From Chrysomallon squamiferum (lineage: Eukaryota > Animalia > Mollusca): DNA of 64,000 nucleotides. Under the pieces are notes generated by a model. It was not told the DNA's origin. It did no database searches and saw only the letters and a list, made by a program, of their open reading frames with translations. The stretch covers positions 62,001-126,000 of the forward strand of contig CM022667.1 in assembly GCA_012295275.1 (NCBI GenBank), given 5' to 3'. Positions 57,660-64,000 of the stretch are shown here, piece after piece; within the stretch, counting starts at the first letter, position 1, and each line of letters opens with the position of its first letter. Both the position numbers and the translations under genes were made by a program.

Positions 57660-60600
57660 TTATATGCTGCTGGCTTTGGGTGCCAGCAGTTCAGAGACTG
57701 CCCATCGTTTGTTCTCCAGTTCATTACAAAGATCTGTGTATTCCTGTACCAGTTTGTCAAAACCCATGCCAACCGTTTCAAAAGCTTTTAACGACTGGCA
57801 TGTTGTGTTATATTCTTTTTCTGTCTTCTCAATAGCACTGTTCAGATGGCTTCTGTAAGATTTTTGGAATAAAAAAAAGAAAAGAATAATAATAATAATA
57901 ATAAAATAAACAGAACAAGTAAAATGTTTAATGTCCAAACACATTTTTGTATTATTAAGTATCAGACAGATGAGTTGGCAAAGTATTGTGAAAGAAAAAT
58001 GTAAATAGAAATGAATAAAATGTTTAATATTCCAACACATTTTTATATTATTATTAGGTATCATTTATTTGATTTTGCAAAGAAGAAATAGGCATATGTA
58101 ACAGCCTGTAAAACCATAGCAAAATATCTACAGATATATTAAGAAACAAGTTTGGATAACATAGTTGTTGATAAGATCTGTCAGTGCTTCAGTGGTCTAA
58201 CCCATGTCAATAACTGTAAGTATAACTATGAATAATACTGGGAGTATTACTTTTTATATGTTATATGCTTCAGTAACTTCACTCTCTAAAAGTGAATTCT
58301 CTAAATTAAATCAATGTTTCTTAAACTAGTGAATGAATTTACTTTCAGGTGAATAAAATGAGAGGAAAATGAGTAAAAACATAATACAATTTGTTAAAGA
58401 TATGTGGCTGAATGATGCTGAACTGGGTTAGACAGCTAAGGTCCTAAATAAGTTGTTGGTTCTTATATATATACAATAAACTTTTATAAACATTTTATTA
58501 TTGTTTTCTTTAGGTAGTTAACTTGCAAGGTTAACATTATAATTGACACCATCATAACAAATATATTTTGAATGTTAATTATATTCATCGATGTTTAGCA
58601 TCTTAGAAATTAAAACAGAAGCATTTTATTTATGATTAACCTAAGAATAATACTTTGAGAAAACCTTTCAGTTTATGAAAAATAGTTTTGACTGGGGCCT
58701 GCAGATCACACCGTGAAAACTACAGCTTTTAGAACGTCAGTGAAATGTTACAATTTTGTAAAAACAAGTCACTCACTTGACAACTTTCAAGGCTTCTATG
58801 GATTGCGCTGTATATGTGTCACACAAAACTTCCAACTCTAAAAATCTAAAAAAAAAGAAAATTGTCAATATTTCAATAAAACTATAAACTGATTTTTTTT
58901 TTTTTCATTTTAATTAATATATATATATCAATGAAAATAATTTCACAATTTTTGAAATAATAATTTTAATAATAATAATAATAATGATGATAATAAAATA
59001 GAAATGTAAAATTTCTTTTACTGTCAGAAATGAATCTTGCTGTTAGTGTATGTGATGACATCTCAACTCCTGCTGTGAAGAACCACAACGACACATTCAT
59101 ATATTTCATAACAGAACTGTTTTTCTTTCACACTTTGTTATGAGCTATGACATGTCACTCAAAACAATAAAGTAATAATGTGTTAATAATAATTTGGAAA
59201 TATACAGAATGTTTTGGACCATTCACCTGTACTGTTACAATTGCACTTTAATGATAAGAGAAAATAAAAATAAAATTAAAAAAAGTTACTTGATTTTAAG
59301 ACACATTGCTTCACACTTAACATAGAGCCATTCAGTGGTGTGTCGATCAAACTCTGCTTGACCTTGGAGACAGTATTTCTTTGTGATTTCCACCAGAATG
59401 TGTAGTGAGTCCATCAGAGTCTGGTGTCAAAAAAAGTAATAAAATCATAGTTTAAAAAAGAACTGATTCTAAAATAAAATTTCAGTACCAAGAATAGTAA
59501 TTAGAGGTACTTACAAAAGAATGTTTGCTTCATATTATTAGATCAATGCATGAAAACATAACAGGTTTTATTGGTTTTTTCAAATGTTCACATGTAGAAA
59601 GTGTTTATTCAGTTAAATATAAGTGTGTTGGCATAATGATTGTTCAATGAATATTCATTTACTTACTTTAATAAAACTACATATGGATAATCATAAAACT
59701 TAGAAACCCAACTCTTTTTTTTTTCACATTGTTTTTTTTTTTATAAATATATTTACATAAATATTTGTTACTAAATATGCATAATTATTCATTGTAAAAA
59801 ATTTAATTTATAATTTTTTCTTTACTTCAAAATAAAGCCAGAACTGTTTGTCTCTGTGGGACTTGTCTTCTTTCAGTAGCTTCTTGAAGTCTTCCAGTCT
59901 GAGTTTACTTTTCTCTATTTGATTTGGAAGCTGCGAAGCTTTTGCTATTGTCATCTGTGAACTGTCTGCATTAACAATATTAAATTTTAAAAACAGAAAA
60001 TAAATAACAACAAAATTTTCATCAAAACACTGAATTAAAAATAAATTTTAAAACAGAAAATAAATAACAACAAAATTTTCAACAAACAATCATCACTGTC
60101 ATCACCATCATCATCACTGAATTAACAATATTAAATTTTAAAAACAAAAAATAAATAACAACAAAATCTTCAACAAACTATCATCATTGTCATCATCTTC
60201 ATCACTATATTATCATAATAATCATCATTATATTTATATATATAAAGAGATATGTCATAAAACTTTACAAAACATCATTACCAACATGGTACTGCTCATG
60301 AAGATGGACAAGATTTTCACATTTCTTTTGTAGTCGACTTTCTATTTCTGGAATCAGTTTCTGTTGTATGCTTGGAAGATGCTGAAAAATTAATAAAAAT
60401 AAACAAACATTTAAACACTTCAACTTGAGAAGGAAAAAGTGATGAACAACACTGAGGAGATAACCTTAGAATAAATTAATCTGTACTGTATGCAACTGCA
60501 GAAAAATGATGGATCTCAAATGTTTTTAAACTGCATCCTTTTGTTTGTTATACTTCATTATTAATTAAGATTTGGGTTAACAAAAATGTCAACAACAATC

Positions 60601-62994
60601 AAATGTAACTTGGAAGTGTACAAAATATATTTCAACTCTTTTTTTGGGGTTTTTATCATGAAGAGTACACTTTAACAATTCTCTGGCATAAAAATTAACA
60701 CATTACACAATACACATACACTGATGATAAATGCATGTACACCCTGGAGTGTCAAACAAAAGTGTCAGTTGAAATGTTCCACTGATATAAAGTAGACATT
60801 TTAAGGAATCTTACCTTTTTATAAGGATTTAATCTGTGTATATCATCCTGTGTTATCCCTAACAGAGTTGTTTTTGAAGTGATATCAGGGTCACAGTCAA
60901 GATAATCTCGAAGTTCAGAATACGTCAGACAATGTTGTAAAATATCTTTAAACTACAAACACAAAAAATATTTATAGATTAATTTTTCAGCAAAAATGTA
61001 TTCAGATTTAAATTTTCGTCTTTTTCAGTTATGTATATTTTCATCTATTCACCTCATACAGGTCTAATTTAATATGCTAACATTCTTATTTTAAAATTAT
61101 TTTTAATTAGCCAAACTGTCAATTAAATGATAAACTGAAGTTATATATAAAATATTAAAAACTTATTGATTTAAATGTAAATATTAAATAGAATTCACTT
61201 TAAAATTTCATACTAATGAACACAAATTATTTAAAAAATATAAAATTAAATCCTTTATATTATATTTACACACATACATGCAAATTCATATATTTGTGTA
61301 ATGGATTAATGTATGTGAAGTGTGTGAAATATTTTGATTGTGTGTGTGGATGTGTATGTGTGAAAACAGTTACCTGTGAAAATGTGTTCAAGCATAAACA
61401 TGAGTTTAAATATGAAAGCATATATCTGAGTTTATGTATATAAACATCTTGATTTTCTTTTTCAATGGGCTTTTTCAGTATGAACACCTGATTTTAACCA
61501 TTTTTTTTTTTTTTTTACTTGTTTGTCCTCTGTTGACAATGACATGTCTTGACCCTGGATTTCATAGTCAAGTAACAATTCCTCTAACTCATGATACAAA
61601 ATGTGACTCAGAAGCCAGCGGCTTTTCTCTCGACGAAGAGTTTCTTTAGCCTGAAAATTATTTCATTCAGATAAATTTGGACACCAATGTAAAATAAACT
61701 ATTCAAATTAATTTTTTTTTTAATGATTCTAAAACTGCAACAGCAATTTTTACAGTTTTTGCTGTGACTACTAGAAAGAACAAAGACATATAATTATTTT
61801 GATAGATACTTCCAGGGATACAACAATATTTAAGATATATTGTGAAACCAGAAAAGCAACTGAACATTAAATGCATACAAAAAATTCTCAAAAATGATGT
61901 CCAGCATTTCTTTTACTGTAGATTTAATAATTTATATGAGAAGATGCGTAAAAAAATCAACCAAATGAATATTTTTTAAAAACAAAAGTAATATTTAAAA
62001 ATGCACAGAAAAAGTATGGCAATGATGGCTATACTATAAGCACCACCACCATTATTATATCACTTAATTTTTTTTTCTTCATATTTATTGCAACTGTTTA
62101 TGATTTTTACCTGTAATATGAAAAATTAATAATAGCTACCTGTGTGAGATCTTTGTGAATTTGTTCCCCTTCTCCAGATTCATTAATGGAAGATGTCAGG
62201 GATGATAACAGATGTACAAATTTGGGATTCTGCTGAACATCTTGGCTAGTTAGGTTCAATGACAAGTAGTTATTAACTGTTGAAAAAAAAAATTACTGTA
62301 AATTTTGAGCTTTGTGTGGTTAATCTTCTTTCTTCTCATATTTAAAAATATTAAACTCTTAAATAGTAATATTACTTTTAAGTAATCAAACCAGTTAAAC
62401 ATTATGTCCACAAATGTGAATTAGGCCAGAGAGTTTGATGGGTACGCAAAATGTTGAAAAATCTCATTACAAGTACTGTGTAAGTTATATTTATATATTA
62501 TTTTATTTTTTAATTTTAATAATTTATTTTTGATGTTTAAAATAAATATAATTGTTCAGATTAACAATTACAGTGGACTATCAATAGTTGTGAGTTGAAT
62601 GAAAGCTCTCGAAATTAACTGAATGAAGTGACAAAAAAAAAAGCCAGTTCTTTAATCTTCATTAAGCCATTTAAGGTGTACTGTATTATTCAAAATTAAT
62701 TTCTAATTTAGTTTCTAATGAAATTCTTTGTAAGGCAATTTCATTATCAATGTGTTAATAATCAATTAATGATATTTTAAAACTGAAGTTTCAATGTGAA
62801 TGTAAAAATTGTTTACAAATTACCGTATTCCTATTAAACTGGAAATAGAAATTAATTTATTAAATAATTTCCTTTGCAACATCTCTTGTCACAGTCTTGT
62901 GTCCCTAATTTGATCATTATTTCACGATATTAAACTTACGTTTTTCGGTCGTTTCTAAAATTTGATCAGTTTCGACACGTTCCAAACCCGACAT
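57660..62994 (-). CDS. HAUS4: HAUS augmin-like complex subunit 4, 9 exons, ~364 aa
   Basis: Exons 62940-62994, 62140-62276, 61519-61650, 60815-60952, 60282-60381, 59826-59965, 59290-59420, 58777-58845, 57660-57852 sum to 1095 nt in frame. Motifs: QQNPKFVHLL, EELLLDYE, AEFDRHTTEWLYVKCEAMCLKIK, LEVLCDTYT, FDKLVQEYTDLCNELENKRWAVSE. Confidence 0.92.
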
Positions 62995-63121
62995 TTTGTT
63001 TCAAAACTTGGCGGTGACATTTGTGGAAACCCCCACCAAGTCGGCTTGCTATTTTCATCGAATCCGCATTTTAGATGCCACCAGTGTGCGGCAATCGGAA
63101 GCAGATTTTTGAAAAATAAAT
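62995..63121. promoter_or_regulatory. Compact bidirectional promoter between HAUS4 and UBA2
   Basis: Only 127 bp separate the two divergent ATGs. The interval is locally CpG/GC-enriched, with an ETS-like CGGAAG near 63096. Confidence 0.75.
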
Positions 63122-63746
63122 ATGGCGGCTGCCATCAAAGGTGTCTTGTGCGAAAGCGTGCGGGAAAATACGCACAACAGCAAAGTATTAGTGGTTGGTG
63201 CTGGTGGCATAGGATGCGAATTATTAAAAAATCTAGTTTTAACTGGGTTTAGAAATATTGAAGTGGTAATTACCAAAAGATCGCTTTAATTTTTATTTTT
63301 GTAATTTTGTTTTTAATTATTTGATTTCTCCCCACATTTATTTATAATTTTTGTATTTATTTATTTTTTAATATCTTATATTACTTATTAAATTTAATAG
63401 TTTCGTGAATACTCGGTCACAGTATGAGAACGATTTCATGAAAGGTGAAAATTAATGATTATGATGTATAATAAAGTAGCTGCATATCATGTGGTGTACA
63501 CCTAGAGTGGTAAGACCCGAGTGTTGAAATGACAGGACCAATAACTGAATAAGCAGAACTTAAAATTTAAATATATATTTGAGAAGGACCTTAATGAAAG
63601 TCATGATATTATTTATATAAAAATTTCAAGAATAATTTATTTTCTTCATTTTTTGTTTTCAGATTGATCTTGACACTATTGATGTTAGTAATCTCAATCG
63701 ACAGTTTCTCTTTAGAAAGGAACATGTGGGCAAACCAAAATCACAG
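63122..63746 (+). CDS. UBA2: SUMO-activating enzyme subunit 2, first two exons (continues beyond window)
   Basis: Exons 63122-63265 and 63663-63746 give [48 protein letters not shown]|[28 protein letters not shown]. This has the E1 GxGxxG motif and a very short N-terminus typical of UBA2. Confidence 0.93.
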
Positions 63747-64000
63747 GTTAAATTTTATTGATATATGAAGATACATTGCAGTGTTCAGTTTGTTGTGATT
63801 TTTTTTTTTTTTTTTTTTTTTTTTGTTGTTGCGATTACTAAGTAATGTTTATGAAAACTACAAAGGATTGATGCTGTTTAAGCTTATTATTCAATATGTT
63901 TTTGAATAAATTTTACTCAAATAGATATATTTATCAACTCAGATCCAGATGTCTGGTTTCTATCTCAGTTATTTTTATTTAAATGTAATGATTTTCATTT

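Noticed and set aside
62962-63276. 96-aa and 73-aa ORFs spanning the HAUS4/UBA2 junction
   Set aside because: They are off-frame or antisense overlaps of the true first exons.

Overview
AT-rich, microsatellite-rich animal genomic DNA with GT-AG introns. It looks invertebrate, probably mollusc-like (inferred from composition and protein style only). Gene order left to right: 3' part of Borealin/CDCA8 (+); ARL2BP (-); tRNA-Gly(TCC) (+); PHPT1 (-); a ~40 kb cluster of four UNC93A-like MFS membrane-protein paralogs (A-, B-, C-, D+) plus an extra duplicated terminal exon; a short HSF DNA-binding-domain-only gene (+); HAUS4 (-); and the first two exons of UBA2 (+). All exon boundaries were read by hand. 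The UNC93A cluster is the most interesting part. Copy B appears to have two alternative last exons. Copies C and D are head-to-head and share one almost identical exon, suggesting gene conversion. Copy C is followed by a frame-preserving 42-bp (14-aa) repeat tail. Two different minisatellites start exactly at 5' splice sites of copy B. Copies A, C and D carry small frame or splice lesions that may be real or assembly errors. Most ORFs in the supplied track are microsatellite artefacts. There is no CRISPR or prokaryotic system.
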